NCBI GenBank assembly: GCA_003524305.1
Contig: DQHW01000029.1
Coordinates: forward strand, 4,913 to 68,912
From: Anaerolineaceae bacterium
Lineage (GTDB): Bacteria; Chloroflexota; Anaerolineae; Anaerolineales; Anaerolineaceae
DNA length: 64,000 nt
Direction of reading: 5' to 3'
Shown here: positions 44,345 to 54,707 of the stretch, piece by piece
How positions within the stretch are numbered: the first letter of the stretch is position 1
How the letters are laid out: the number at the start of each line of letters is the position of its first letter
Program-made: the position numbers and the translations under genes
The notes under the pieces: generated by a model
Databases searched by the model: none
The model's input: the letters and a program-made list of their open reading frames with translations, nothing else
Told to the model about the DNA's origin: nothing

Positions 44345-45286
44345 TCAACAACGAGATAACAAAGCTCTGCCCTCATCCTCAAACATCACTTCAAAAGGCG
44401 GACATTCCGCAGGGATAAACAGCGTTTCAAGCAGACTGAGGTCGAAGGTAAAACCATTTCCTTTAATAATAATGTTACTGTTTATTGAAGTGATGACCGC
44501 AAAAGATTCTCCCATGGTATTGATCTTAACATTACTTTTATTACCTTGCAGCATGGTTAACGAGAAATAACTACAGGAAGTTAATGTGTTGATTGGAGAA
44601 GAAGAAACTTTTTCATCAAAAGATTTAACCGTTCCCTTCTCATCAGGGTTTAGAACTTCAATCGATTCAGCAACGTGCAATTTTCTACCCCCGTTCATCG
44701 GACGGTCCCAATCATAGACGCGGTAGGTGATGTCAGAATTTTGCTGAACCTCGTAGATCAGTAACCCGGGTCCAAGCGCGTGAATGGTGCCTGGCGCGAT
44801 GAAGATGGTATCACCGGCTTTGACTGACCTGCGTTCTACCAGGTCAAGGATTTCTTTTTTGCCGGCAGCATTATGAATGTCCTGGCTGGTGACGTTGGGT
44901 TTAAGACCGCTGATCAATTGAGCATCTTTATCGGCATCGATCACATACCAGGCTTCTGTTTTACCAAACTGAGTTGAGCCAGCCAGTTTCTTGGCTTGTT
45001 CGTTGTTAGGGTGAACCTGCAATGAAAGCCAGTCTGCACAATCCAATAGCTTGATTAGTAGCGGGAAGCGTCTGCCTGTTTGTGTCACAACTTTTGAGCC
45101 CAATAGTGCGATCCCTTCAAGTTCAACCACTTTGGCAAGGGTTTTTCCGATATAAGGGCCGTCTGCGACAATATCTTCCTCATAGACAATCCAGGCTTCG
45201 GCGGTGATGTCGGCTTGCGGCCGCAGTTTTTTTCCACCCCAGACATATTCTTTATAGTTGGGAGTCAATTTAAATGGGATGAGCAT
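44345..45286 (-). CDS. manA: Class I mannose-6-phosphate isomerase
   Basis: Motifs: YKEYVWGG, LSLQVHPN, GKTEAWYV, IHALGPG. ATG at 45286 is preceded by AGGTGA. Confidence 0.85.
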   Translation of the reverse strand: MLIPFKLTPNYKEYVWGGKKLRPQADITAEAWIVYEEDIVADGPYIGKTLAKVVELEGIALLGSKVVTQTGRRFPLLIKLLDCADWLSLQVHPNNEQAKKLAGSTQFGKTEAWYVIDADKDAQLISGLKPNVTSQDIHNAAGKKEILDLVERRSVKAGDTIFIAPGTIHALGPGLLIYEVQQNSDITYRVYDWDRPMNGGRKLHVAESIEVLNPDEKGTVKSFDEKVSSSPINTLTSCSYFSLTMLQGNKSNVKINTMGESFAVITSINSNIIIKGNGFTFDLSLLETLFIPAECPPFEVMFEDEGRALLSRC

Positions 45287-45398
45287 GCAAATCACCTATT
45301 ATTGAGTTTTTTTCTATCAAATTTATTCAAACCGATATTATAAACTTGGATTTTTTTTTTCATTATCTTTTTAAGGAGGGGTTGGCATCCTTTGATAC

Positions 45399-46019
45399 TT
45401 AGAGGAGCAGATTTTCGAGTGCAGCTTTTGAATGGTCTCGCACGGTTGTATGAAGGCTGGCATTATGCGCATCCAAGGTGACTATTACGGGCATGTCTTT
45501 AACTCTGATTACCCAAATCGCTTCCGGAACACCAAATTCCAATTTATGAACGCCAACCACTTCAACAACAGATTTGGCAATCAGTGCCGCCGCGCCGCCA
45601 ATCGCATGGAAATACACTGCCGGCGCTTCATGGCAGGCGTTAAGCGTTTTGGATCCCATACCGCCTTTTCCAATCACTCCCCTCAGATTCAGGAATTTAA
45701 TCACATCTGCTTGATACGGCTCTTCACGAATGCTGGTGGTCGGTCCGGCGGCGATAAAATGATATTGTTTTGAGTCCAGACCTGAAACAACAGGTCCGCA
45801 GTGGTAGATCAGACCTTCATTGAGAAGCGGTTTCAATTGGTTCATGATATCAAGGTCTTCTTGACTGGCGGTCTTAAGTTTGTTGATAAAAGTATCGTGA
45901 ATCCACTTATGAGCAGCATCTCTGCCGGTGATCAGAATACCACTTAAAAGAACTGAATCGCCTACTTTCAAGTCTTTAATTTCATCAGCACTTATGGGGA
46001 TGTTGAGATGTTTTGTCAC
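45399..46019 (-). CDS. Fe-S hydro-lyase beta subunit (class I fumarate hydratase / tartrate dehydratase C-terminal domain)
   Basis: 206 aa. Motifs: LSGILITGRDAAHK and GKGGMG. Adjacent to the alpha subunit. Confidence 0.8.
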   Translation of the reverse strand: MTKHLNIPISADEIKDLKVGDSVLLSGILITGRDAAHKWIHDTFINKLKTASQEDLDIMNQLKPLLNEGLIYHCGPVVSGLDSKQYHFIAAGPTTSIREEPYQADVIKFLNLRGVIGKGGMGSKTLNACHEAPAVYFHAIGGAAALIAKSVVEVVGVHKLEFGVPEAIWVIRVKDMPVIVTLDAHNASLHTTVRDHSKAALENLLL

Positions 46020-46031
46020 GATTTCTCCGTT

Positions 46032-46907
46032 CTATTCGTAAACGATCTTGTCACCTTTGATGACCATCTTATGGCGGCGGTAAGCCCAACACATGTAAGA
46101 GATGGTGACAAAAAAGGAGGCAGGTAAACGGTGTGTGGAGGTTATTTTTGTGCCAAGAACTGTGCTTTTCCCGCCAAACCCCATAGGACCGATGCCCAGT
46201 TCGTTTGCCTCAGTCGTAATTTGATTTTCCAATTTATCCAGGCCGACATCCGGGTTTTTATCATCCGGATCGCGTAAAAACACTTCTTTAGATGCCAGGT
46301 AAGATGTACCGCGATCTCCGCCGATGGCGATGCCAAGAAAACCTGGAGAGCAGCCTTCACCTTGTGCCTGGTAAACTGCATCCAGTGCAGCTCTTCTGAC
46401 GCCTTCAAGATCTCGGTTTGCTTTTAATTCATCATTGGGCAGCGAATATTGTGCGCCAACATTTTCACATCCGCCGCCCTTTAAGATCAGGTCGACAGTC
46501 AATTCATCTGTTTCAGACACATGAAAATGGATGGTTGGAAAAAATTCATCACCCAGGTTGTTGCCTGTGTTTAATCCGGTGATTGCATCCACAGCGTTGG
46601 GACGAAGATAGGTTTGTTTTGTTGCCAATGTAACTGCAGTGCGAATCTGGCGTGTTAATTCGTTTCGATCAATCGATGCAGCGGAGTGGATGAAGAAAAT
46701 GGGGGTGCCGGTATCCTGGCAAATGGGGGTTGAATTCTTGCGAGTCATGGCCACGTTCTTGAGGATTGTTTCGAGTGCAGCCTGGGCTGCGGAACCGGGG
46801 GCTTCGTTGGCCAATGCTGCCTTTAATCGTTCTTCAACCTGACCGGGTAGATCGGTTGAAGTGAGGCGAATCAATTCGAGGAGTTCGTATGTATAATCCC
46901 GCATCAT
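46032..46907 (-). CDS. Fe-S hydro-lyase alpha subunit (class I fumarate hydratase N-terminal domain)
   Basis: 291 aa. Motifs: ICQDTGTPIFF and KGGGCEN. Confidence 0.8.
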   Translation of the reverse strand: MMRDYTYELLELIRLTSTDLPGQVEERLKAALANEAPGSAAQAALETILKNVAMTRKNSTPICQDTGTPIFFIHSAASIDRNELTRQIRTAVTLATKQTYLRPNAVDAITGLNTGNNLGDEFFPTIHFHVSETDELTVDLILKGGGCENVGAQYSLPNDELKANRDLEGVRRAALDAVYQAQGEGCSPGFLGIAIGGDRGTSYLASKEVFLRDPDDKNPDVGLDKLENQITTEANELGIGPMGFGGKSTVLGTKITSTHRLPASFFVTISYMCWAYRRHKMVIKGDKIVYE

Positions 46908-46911
46908 TCCT

Positions 46912-48192
46912 CTATTCTATCTTGAGCCTGTCTTTTAATTGTTGTTCGTATTGTACTAAATCAATAGTGATTCGTGAAACGCCGCTTTCCATGGCTGCTT
47001 TCGCAACTGCAGGGGCAACCCATAAACAAACACGGCTATCCAGAGGTTTGGGCACGATGTAATCAGGTCCAAATTCAAGGTGATTAAGCCCGTAAGCTTT
47101 TAAAACCTTGGCAGGTACTGGTTCTTTTGCCAGAGCAGAAAGGGCATTGCTGGCAGCTATTTTCATTTGATCATTGATTGCGCTGGCGCGTACATCCAAT
47201 GCGCCGCGGAAGATGAAGGGGAAGCCCAAAACGTTGTTGACCTGGTTCGGATAATCAGACCGGCCTGTTCCAATCATGGCATCCGGGCGGGCTTGCTTGG
47301 CGAGGTCAAATTTGATCTCGGGGTCCGGGTTAGCCATGGCAAAAATCACGGGTGCCTGGCGCATTCTTTTGATCATTTCTGGTGTGACAATATTGGCAAC
47401 TGAAAGCCCTACAAACATATCAGCACCTTCAAGCACTTCTGCCAGCGAGGCGGCATGCCCTCCTTGGGCGAATATTTCTTTTTCAGGGAACATTTCTTCT
47501 TTTCGACCTTTATAAACCAGCCCTTTGATATCGCACATCCAAATGTTTTCTCTTGGCACGCCAATTTTTACAAAATGATTTGCAGAAGCGAGTGCGGCAG
47601 CGCCGGCGCCTGAAAAAACGATCTTGATATCCTCAATCTTCTTTTTGCTTATTTCAAGTGCGTTGATTAAGGCAGCGCCCAGGATGATCGCCGTGCCGTG
47701 TTGATCGTCATGAAAGACTGGGATATCCATTCTTGATTGAAGGACTCGTTCAATATAAAAACACTCAGGAGATTTAATATCTTCAAGGTTGATGCCACCA
47801 AAGGTTTTGCCTATGAGTTCAACAACCTGGATTATTTTTTCAGGATCGTGAGAGTCAATTTCGATGTCTATGGCATCTACATCTGCAAATTTCTTGAATA
47901 GTACCGATTTTCCCTCCATGACAGGCTTGCTGGCCAGCGCTCCGCGGTCGCCCAAACCGAGAATGGCGGTGCCGTTGGATATGACGGCCACCAGGTTTCC
48001 TTTATCGGTATATTCATAGGCAAGATTAGGGTCTCTGGCGATCTCAAGAACTGGATACGAAACCCCAGGGGTATACGCCAAACCAAGATCGGTTTGTGTA
48101 TCCAATGGTTTGCTTGGAATGATTGAAATTTTCCCAGGCACTCCATTTAGTTTGTGATATTCAAGTGCAGATTCTTTTGTAATTGGCGGCAT
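46912..48192 (-). CDS. NAD(P)-dependent malic enzyme (short form without a PTA domain)
   Basis: Motifs: LAYTPGV, VISNGTAILGLGDRGALASKPVMEGK, FHDDQHGTA, FSGAGAAA. ATG at 48192 (RBS GGAGAA) is preferred over the GTG at 48216. Confidence 0.85.
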   Translation of the reverse strand: MPPITKESALEYHKLNGVPGKISIIPSKPLDTQTDLGLAYTPGVSYPVLEIARDPNLAYEYTDKGNLVAVISNGTAILGLGDRGALASKPVMEGKSVLFKKFADVDAIDIEIDSHDPEKIIQVVELIGKTFGGINLEDIKSPECFYIERVLQSRMDIPVFHDDQHGTAIILGAALINALEISKKKIEDIKIVFSGAGAAALASANHFVKIGVPRENIWMCDIKGLVYKGRKEEMFPEKEIFAQGGHAASLAEVLEGADMFVGLSVANIVTPEMIKRMRQAPVIFAMANPDPEIKFDLAKQARPDAMIGTGRSDYPNQVNNVLGFPFIFRGALDVRASAINDQMKIAASNALSALAKEPVPAKVLKAYGLNHLEFGPDYIVPKPLDSRVCLWVAPAVAKAAMESGVSRITIDLVQYEQQLKDRLKIE

Positions 48193-48333
48193 GAAGTTCT
48201 CCAGTAAATATCCCACGAAGTGGGTGAGGTGTTTTTTTCTAATTGTAGTTCATGATAATCAACTTTAAGCTAACCGCTCAATTTTTTAGAAAATCTTTAT
48301 ATTTGGGTTTGTTTGTAGTCTTGTTTAATTCAA

Positions 48334-48362
48334 AAATATTCCAGGCTTGACCTGGAATATTT
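48334..48362 (-). terminator. Rho-independent terminator after the LCP gene
   Basis: AAATATTCCAGG cttga CCTGGAATATTT. On the minus strand it is followed by a T-rich run. Confidence 0.6.
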
Positions 48363-48389
48363 CATCATCGGCAATTCTTTTATCAACTT

Positions 48390-49436
48390 TTAATTACTTA
48401 ACATGGTGTTCAAATATGTTTTTATTTTCTCAACATCAGGGATATTGTTGTTCATCAAATCAGGTGAGGTTATGGCGCCAAAAGTGACATTTTCTTTGGG
48501 CATGGTTAAGGCAAGGCAAGCGAGGTTGGTCAATTGTTCGGTGCTTAAATCAGTGATAAAGGCATCTTTGAATTGGGTGATGAGCGTGGGGATTTGAGGA
48601 AAAATATTGACATTGATCATTTTGGCTTGCAGGGCATTTACGACTTCATTTTGACGTGCGGTGCGTCCAGATTCGCCGCCAGGGTTGTTAAAACGCACAT
48701 ACTCGGTTGCCATCGCACCATTGAGAGTTTGCTTGCCTGCCGGAAAACTAATGTTGTGTTCGGTGGTGATCGCTGCAGGGAGGGTGACCTCGATGCCGCC
48801 AACGGTGTCAATCATGGCAGCAAACTTATCCATTTGAACCGTGATATAGAGGGTCGGTTCAACACCAAAATTTTCACGTAATAATTGTGCAACCACACCT
48901 GCGCCTACGGCATTTTTCTCGAGCGGTGCGCCGATTGCGGCTTCAAATGCTGTAAAGTAAGCAAGCCCAAGCGGTTGTTGCATTTTGGAAGCATCATTGA
49001 CTGAGGCTGTCTGAATGAGTAAGTCCCGTGGGAAGGTGATGATTTTTATTGACTGTGTGTCGAAATTTACTTTAATCAGACGGATTGCGTCTGCACCATA
49101 AGGTTTTGAGCTGCCTAAAACATCAGAACCAACAAATATGATGGTCTTCGATCCGCTTTCGCCACAGGTTTTATTTGATTTTGGTGTGTTGGTCGGCAAG
49201 AGAATTTCCTCGTCGGGGTTACTGGTTGGCAGGTTAAGCTCAACCCCTGGAATCGCATTTGATTCGGGCAATTCTGAAGTAGGCAAATCTAACTCTGAGG
49301 CGATAGTTGAAGTCGCCAGATCCATGGTCGGGGCAAGTGGTTCTTGAAATGAGTTGTTGGAGGAACACGCGGTTGTAACGAGCAAGACGAGAAGAGTAAC
49401 GAAAACCATTAATTTTAGTGGATTATTTTTTTTCAT
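48390..49436 (-). CDS. LytR-CpsA-Psr (LCP) family glycopolymer transferase
   Basis: Membrane or lipoprotein anchor MKKNNPLKLMVFVTLLVLLVTTACSS. LCP core: ADAIRLIKVN...TFPRDL...LNGAMATEYVRFN...GRTARQNEV. Confidence 0.75.
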   Translation of the reverse strand: MKKNNPLKLMVFVTLLVLLVTTACSSNNSFQEPLAPTMDLATSTIASELDLPTSELPESNAIPGVELNLPTSNPDEEILLPTNTPKSNKTCGESGSKTIIFVGSDVLGSSKPYGADAIRLIKVNFDTQSIKIITFPRDLLIQTASVNDASKMQQPLGLAYFTAFEAAIGAPLEKNAVGAGVVAQLLRENFGVEPTLYITVQMDKFAAMIDTVGGIEVTLPAAITTEHNISFPAGKQTLNGAMATEYVRFNNPGGESGRTARQNEVVNALQAKMINVNIFPQIPTLITQFKDAFITDLSTEQLTNLACLALTMPKENVTFGAITSPDLMNNNIPDVEKIKTYLNTMLSN

Positions 49437-49509
49437 GACTTGCTCCATTCTATTTGTGGTCAAATACATCTAATATTTATTTTACATCAGTTATCTGTTC
49501 AAAAAAGCC

Positions 49510-50916
49510 CTAATATGCACCTTTACCTCTGACAACAATCCAAAAGGTATTTATCAAGATATATAAATCCAGCCAGATGGAATAATGCTGGATGTAAAAG
49601 ATATCATCTTCAGTATGCAGGTACATCGGTTTGTCACTGCGTCCGTGGATTTGCCACCAGCCGGTCAACCCCTGTGGAATTGCAAAACGCTTTCTCTGCC
49701 AGGGTTGATATTTCTCTACCAATTCAGGCAACTCAGGGCGGGGACCGACCAGGCTCATGTCGCCTTTAAGAATGTTGAATAGTTGCGGCAATTCATCCAA
49801 ACTAAACCTGCGCAAAAATCGTCCAAAGGCGGTTACCCGTGGATCATTTTTGCTCTTGAAGATCATATTACCATTATCATCGAGACGTTCCACTTGTGAA
49901 CGAATGCTCTCTGCGCCATTAACCATGGTGCGGAATTTTAACATTTTGAAAATCCGCCCATTGCTTCCAGCTCTTTTCTGTCGAAAGAATATAGGGCGTC
50001 CATCCACCAGCAGAATAATAAGAGAAACTATGACGAGCAAAGGAAGTGCCAGAATTAAACTGAGTGTACAAAAAAACAAATCAAATGAGCGTTTAACCAT
50101 GAGTTGATAATCATCAATGGCCGAGGCGCGCAGGTCAATCATCGGTATGCCTGAAAAATCATCAATTGAAGTTTTATAGAGGGCCAAATCAAAGAAACCT
50201 AGTGCGACCCAAATCTTCACCGGCAATTCTTCCATTTGCTGGACGATCAGGCTCAACTGCGGATAAGCCGAATATGGAAGGGCAATGATCACATCCGTGG
50301 CATGTTTTGCAAAGATAATTTCCTTTATGTCAAAGGTGTTACCGAGTAAAGAAAAAGCTGAATGAGACTCGTTTTTGTCATCCACGAACCCCAAGAAGGT
50401 ATTCCGCGGAGTGGTTTCATTGATATGTGCCAGAACCTTTTGCCCCATCGGCCCGGAGCCTACGATCAGAATGCGTTTTTCTTCTGTGGGAGGAACTTTT
50501 TGAAAACGAAACAATAAACGTGCACATAAACGCCATAACAATGATAATAAGTAGGCAATCGGTAAAAACAGAACAAATGCAGCTCTTGAAAAATCGCGAT
50601 AAGAAAGATACAAAATCCCGGCAGCTGAAATTGATGCGATCAGCATTCCAAGAGTCAATGCACCAAACTCATCCACAACCCTTAGATATTTTTTACCATC
50701 ATATATTGAAACGATTAGGTATATCAAGACCCATACCAGGGGAAAAATCAAATATACTGCCGGAGGAATCAAAACAGGAGATTGCATGGGTTTGATAAAA
50801 GAGAAGGAGTTTAATATCGGACGGATAACAGTTGAAAGCCACAAACTGAACGCGATGGTTAACGCGTCCAGCAGCATGGAGAGGATTGCAAAATTGATCG
50901 AAAAGCGTCGGTTCAT
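49510..50916 (-). CDS. Polyprenyl-phosphate glycosyl-1-phosphate transferase (WbaP/EpsB-like initiating enzyme)
   Basis: 468 aa. It has N-terminal TM helices and the C-terminal bacterial sugar transferase motif KMLKFRTM...DELPQLFNILKGDMSLVGPRP. Confidence 0.85.
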   Translation of the reverse strand: MNRRFSINFAILSMLLDALTIAFSLWLSTVIRPILNSFSFIKPMQSPVLIPPAVYLIFPLVWVLIYLIVSIYDGKKYLRVVDEFGALTLGMLIASISAAGILYLSYRDFSRAAFVLFLPIAYLLSLLWRLCARLLFRFQKVPPTEEKRILIVGSGPMGQKVLAHINETTPRNTFLGFVDDKNESHSAFSLLGNTFDIKEIIFAKHATDVIIALPYSAYPQLSLIVQQMEELPVKIWVALGFFDLALYKTSIDDFSGIPMIDLRASAIDDYQLMVKRSFDLFFCTLSLILALPLLVIVSLIILLVDGRPIFFRQKRAGSNGRIFKMLKFRTMVNGAESIRSQVERLDDNGNMIFKSKNDPRVTAFGRFLRRFSLDELPQLFNILKGDMSLVGPRPELPELVEKYQPWQRKRFAIPQGLTGWWQIHGRSDKPMYLHTEDDIFYIQHYSIWLDLYILINTFWIVVRGKGAY

Positions 50917-50989
50917 TGAAAAAACCTCATTATTTTTTCAAACCACTAATAATTTTCACATACTTATTTTATATTCGTTTGCAATTTCT

Positions 50990-51832
50990 TTATATTTCCG
51001 ATTCCTTGTTTAAAGAACTAAATCGCTTTCCAAATAACAGCAGAAACCCTTCATTATCAAAAGAAACAATTCGTATGAGTTGAAGAAAAAAAACAAATAA
51101 AAAGAGAACATTATAAATTGTGTATCTTACCCACAGACGCTTAAAATCATGAAAAAGCCGAAAGAGCCATTCAATTCCAAGATTGCGGATCCATTTAGGG
51201 GCTTGTTTGATTTTTCCGCTAAAAAAATCAAAGGTTGCTCCTGACGGAATAAAAATACATCCATGTAACTTCTCTTTATGTTCATGAATCCAGATATCCT
51301 GCTTTGGTGAACCTAACCCGATCCATAAAAAATCGGGATTGGCAGCGTTGATCATTTCACAAATTTCTCTATCTTCTTCATCAGTCGATTGCCTGAATGG
51401 AGGAGAATATTTGCCAACAATATTAATCCCTTCAAACTTTTGATTTAAGAACTCTTCAATTTTCTCTGGAGCATTGGGATAACCGCCATATAAGAAAAAG
51501 GAATACCTTTTTTCTTTTGCTTTGCTACTTACTACTTCCAATAGATCGGGTGTATAAAAACGATCACTATTTTTTTTGTAAAAAACTCTTGCCCACATAA
51601 GAAATGGCATACTATCAATACTGACCAAGTCGGCAGTATTATACATATTTCTTAATGACCTGTCAAAAAGAGATGAAACACAAATATGTACATTAATTAC
51701 AGCAAGCGAATGACCTCGCGAGTATTTATCTGACAGCCAGGTATCAAAAATGCGGAACATTTCTTCATATGAAAGACAAGACATACGAAGGCCAAGAATA
51801 TTCATAGTCTTGGATTTATTGTGCATAATCAT
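50990..51832 (-). CDS. WecB/TagA/CpsF-family (GT26) glycosyltransferase
   Basis: Pattern: MNILGL...VINVH...FFLYGG...GLGSPKQD. Confidence 0.7.
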   Translation of the reverse strand: MIMHNKSKTMNILGLRMSCLSYEEMFRIFDTWLSDKYSRGHSLAVINVHICVSSLFDRSLRNMYNTADLVSIDSMPFLMWARVFYKKNSDRFYTPDLLEVVSSKAKEKRYSFFLYGGYPNAPEKIEEFLNQKFEGINIVGKYSPPFRQSTDEEDREICEMINAANPDFLWIGLGSPKQDIWIHEHKEKLHGCIFIPSGATFDFFSGKIKQAPKWIRNLGIEWLFRLFHDFKRLWVRYTIYNVLFLFVFFLQLIRIVSFDNEGFLLLFGKRFSSLNKESEI

Positions 51833-51858
51833 GGGTACGATAAAAATCCTTGAAATCG

Positions 51859-52944
51859 TTAATCATCTAGATTAACCAGTCCTTTTGATATTTGATTACT
51901 TGCCCAATCAAAAGTATGCTTAAGTCCCTCTTCAAGAGAGGTAAACACATCCCAACCAAGCAGCAGTTTAGCTTTATTGAAATTACCTGATCTACCACCA
52001 TCTCCTTCGGGTTGATCTTTATCATAAATAATATTTATTTTTTTTCCGCTAATAGATACTAAGAGTGAAGCCAATTCAGCGATTGTGGTTTCTTTTGCTG
52101 TTCCGATCTGAATTGGACCTTTATTCATTCCCTTAATTGGTACGCGCAAGATCGCATCTATTACATCTCCTACATATACAAAATCGCGCGCTTGTTGACC
52201 ACTGCCCCAAACAATGAATTCTTCATTCGGATAAAGGACCGCTTTTCTAATAAGACTTGGAATTACTTGCGAGCGTTTTTTTGACATGATAGCACGAGGC
52301 CCATAAACATTGTGCAGGCGAAGGATTCCCACTTCCATGTCTGAATATTTTTGTAGAAGTTCAGCTTCGTATTCACCCATCAATTTGGACCATCCGTATG
52401 CAGATTCCGGGTTTGCAGGGTACATTTGTTCTTCAACCAGTGGAACCGACCCTGGTTTTTCTTGCAACTCCTTGGGATAACTGCATGCTGATCCTAAGTA
52501 CACCAAACGTTTGATACCTGCTTCTCTTGCAGCAGTGAAAACATTTGAATTAATCCGATTGTTGACGCGGAACAGGAATGGCTCGTTAGAAAAAACATAA
52601 TCAATTCCAGCAACAATATCTGCCAAATGAAAAATAATATCGGGGAAAACATCCACACAGACCTTTGATGCGGTATGAAATTCCTTCAAATCACCATACA
52701 GAAAATGATCATCAAGATTTATCACATCGGATCCATCTTCCCTTTTTAGATTTTCCAGAGATCCCCGCCAAAGGTTATCAACGACATAAACATCAGCACC
52801 TGATTCGACCAACGCTTCAACCAACCATGAGCCAATGAATCCAGCTCCACCGGTAACAAGTATTTTTTTCCCGTGATACCACTCAATACCAACATTTTCG
52901 TTGGTTAATCTTTCAAGAATTTTTGAAATCATCATACTTGCCAT
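51859..52944 (-). CDS. NAD-dependent nucleotide-sugar epimerase/dehydratase (extended SDR)
   Basis: ILVTGGAGFIGSWL, and YGWSK as the YxxxK motif. Confidence 0.8.
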   Translation of the reverse strand: MASMMISKILERLTNENVGIEWYHGKKILVTGGAGFIGSWLVEALVESGADVYVVDNLWRGSLENLKREDGSDVINLDDHFLYGDLKEFHTASKVCVDVFPDIIFHLADIVAGIDYVFSNEPFLFRVNNRINSNVFTAAREAGIKRLVYLGSACSYPKELQEKPGSVPLVEEQMYPANPESAYGWSKLMGEYEAELLQKYSDMEVGILRLHNVYGPRAIMSKKRSQVIPSLIRKAVLYPNEEFIVWGSGQQARDFVYVGDVIDAILRVPIKGMNKGPIQIGTAKETTIAELASLLVSISGKKINIIYDKDQPEGDGGRSGNFNKAKLLLGWDVFTSLEEGLKHTFDWASNQISKGLVNLDD

Positions 52945-53017
52945 CTTTTATCTCACTTATTTTGATACTTATATCGAAGCTGTTAGTGAACAAATCAATG
53001 TCGCTGAAAAGGTTTCA

Positions 53018-53836
53018 CTATCTGAATAAGGATGAAAACTCAGCTTTATTGAATACTGGGCACTTTCCTCCAATAGTAGAATCAATTATTTCCCGGCCAT
53101 CCGCTTCATAGGCTTTTCGTGCAATTGAAAAATCTATCTCTGATCGCAGCAAATCTGGCAATTGCCATCGAAATCCCTTTGGAAAATAATTTTTATGAAA
53201 ATGGTCCTTATCTGTATCAGATGTTCGTATTTCTGATTTACTGGGTATTCCAGACTCTGTGTAATCATGATCAAGTCCAATTAGAATAACCTTTGAAAAA
53301 CCCATATAATATGCCAACTGTAAAGCTACAAAAGTAACCGTTGCTCCCACAACCAGCGGGTGGGTCAAATCATATTGAAAAGAATCCTTGATCACCATCT
53401 TGGATTTTAAGAACATTGTGTTCGCATTGTTTATTTGAAATAAAGAACGTCGATTCCAATTTAGGAATTTTGGCATATTTAATCGTAAAATTTCATTAGC
53501 ACATTGCTCCAAAATTAATTCATTCACAATTACTTGATATGTCGGACGAAATGGGGACTCGTCAAAATTTAAATATATCCTGTTCAATCCAAAAGTAACC
53601 TCATTTGCCAACAAATCAAGATTTGTTTTTTGCAAGCTTGGTCCGTTCGCCACAATAAAGCATCTTTGACCTATGTGAAGGTTTTTATATTTTCGTAAAT
53701 ATTCTTTGTTTAATTGTGCATGAGGAGAAATGTTCCATGCAATAGAATGAGGAATTTCGGAAGCGCGTGTTTTGATAGCTTTAAATAATCGAGATATTGT
53801 AATATTTGATGGGTCAAACCGTCCGTATGTGTTCAT
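53018..53836 (-). CDS. DUF115 / MptE-like domain protein (putative glycosyltransferase)
   Basis: FIVANGPSL, GLNRIY and VILIGLDH resemble the DUF115 (Maf/MptE-like) pattern. The assignment rests on motif memory only. Confidence 0.4.
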   Translation of the reverse strand: MNTYGRFDPSNITISRLFKAIKTRASEIPHSIAWNISPHAQLNKEYLRKYKNLHIGQRCFIVANGPSLQKTNLDLLANEVTFGLNRIYLNFDESPFRPTYQVIVNELILEQCANEILRLNMPKFLNWNRRSLFQINNANTMFLKSKMVIKDSFQYDLTHPLVVGATVTFVALQLAYYMGFSKVILIGLDHDYTESGIPSKSEIRTSDTDKDHFHKNYFPKGFRWQLPDLLRSEIDFSIARKAYEADGREIIDSTIGGKCPVFNKAEFSSLFR

Positions 53837-53837
53837 T

Positions 53838-54653
53838 CTAATTTTTTTTCTTTATGCATATGTAATAATTAGATGGAAAAAGAAATTCATCTAATTTGGT
53901 ATTAATTATGAATGCAATAATTAGGCCTAAATGCGAATATTTTGACAACATATAATTTCTTCTTACTGGAATGATCGTCTCAAATACAGAATGGGCATCC
54001 ATCAAAAACTCTTTTTCAGTGAACCCTGCATGAGCCCCATATCGGTTTTCAAATTTTCTCAGAAGCTTGAATTTGTAATCATTTAGGTTCCATCCGATTT
54101 TTTCGGCAATTGTGGCTTTTTGACTTGTTCCAATATATGAAAACAACCGATTCTTGTTTGGAAACCCAATAAAGAGCGCACCCCCAGGTTTTAAGACACG
54201 AGAAAATTCTTTCAAAACTTCTAGGTGCTTGGTTACATGTTCAAGGACATGATAGCAATAGATTAGTGAAAAAACATCCTTCGAAAATGCTAAGGTGTGT
54301 AAATCTTGTCTTTGAAGAATAAAACCGGTCAGCAAATTCGAAGGATAAACTTGAGAAAAATCGATATTTAAGTCCACCCCAATTGTTCTATTTTGAAATT
54401 CCTGCTTAACAAGCAATGCCTCTTGCCCTGAACCGGCTCCAGCAACAAGGATCAAATCCTCTTCAGAAAGTTTTATGTTCTCATCAATAATATTTTTGTT
54501 TATTCTAATCCCCTGAAGCATTTTTTGGCTATCAACAAGTGATAGTTGAGAATATCCAATTGTTTTTGAGTATTTTTGTTTCATATTGAATAGTCTTTTT
54601 GACCTACTTTTTTGAACATGGAAAAAATATGATATCGATAAGTATACTTGCAA
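53838..54653 (-). CDS. Class I SAM-dependent methyltransferase
   Basis: Motif I is LVAGAGSGQEAL and the post-I motif is VGVD. The start is uncertain; ATG at 54584 is an alternative. Confidence 0.7.
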   Translation of the reverse strand: MQVYLSISYFFHVQKSRSKRLFNMKQKYSKTIGYSQLSLVDSQKMLQGIRINKNIIDENIKLSEEDLILVAGAGSGQEALLVKQEFQNRTIGVDLNIDFSQVYPSNLLTGFILQRQDLHTLAFSKDVFSLIYCYHVLEHVTKHLEVLKEFSRVLKPGGALFIGFPNKNRLFSYIGTSQKATIAEKIGWNLNDYKFKLLRKFENRYGAHAGFTEKEFLMDAHSVFETIIPVRRNYMLSKYSHLGLIIAFIINTKLDEFLFPSNYYICIKKKN

Positions 54654-54707
54654 TTATTGGACTGATTTTTAAATATTACTTTAGTGAAATGAAAATCATT
54701 AGGATTC

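Noticed and set aside
45351-45360. A T10 homopolymer lies between fumB-like and manA, raising the possibility of a phase-variation tract.
   Set aside because: It is intergenic, does not lie between -35 and -10 elements that I can identify, and is not in a coding frame. It is more likely just part of an AT-rich spacer.
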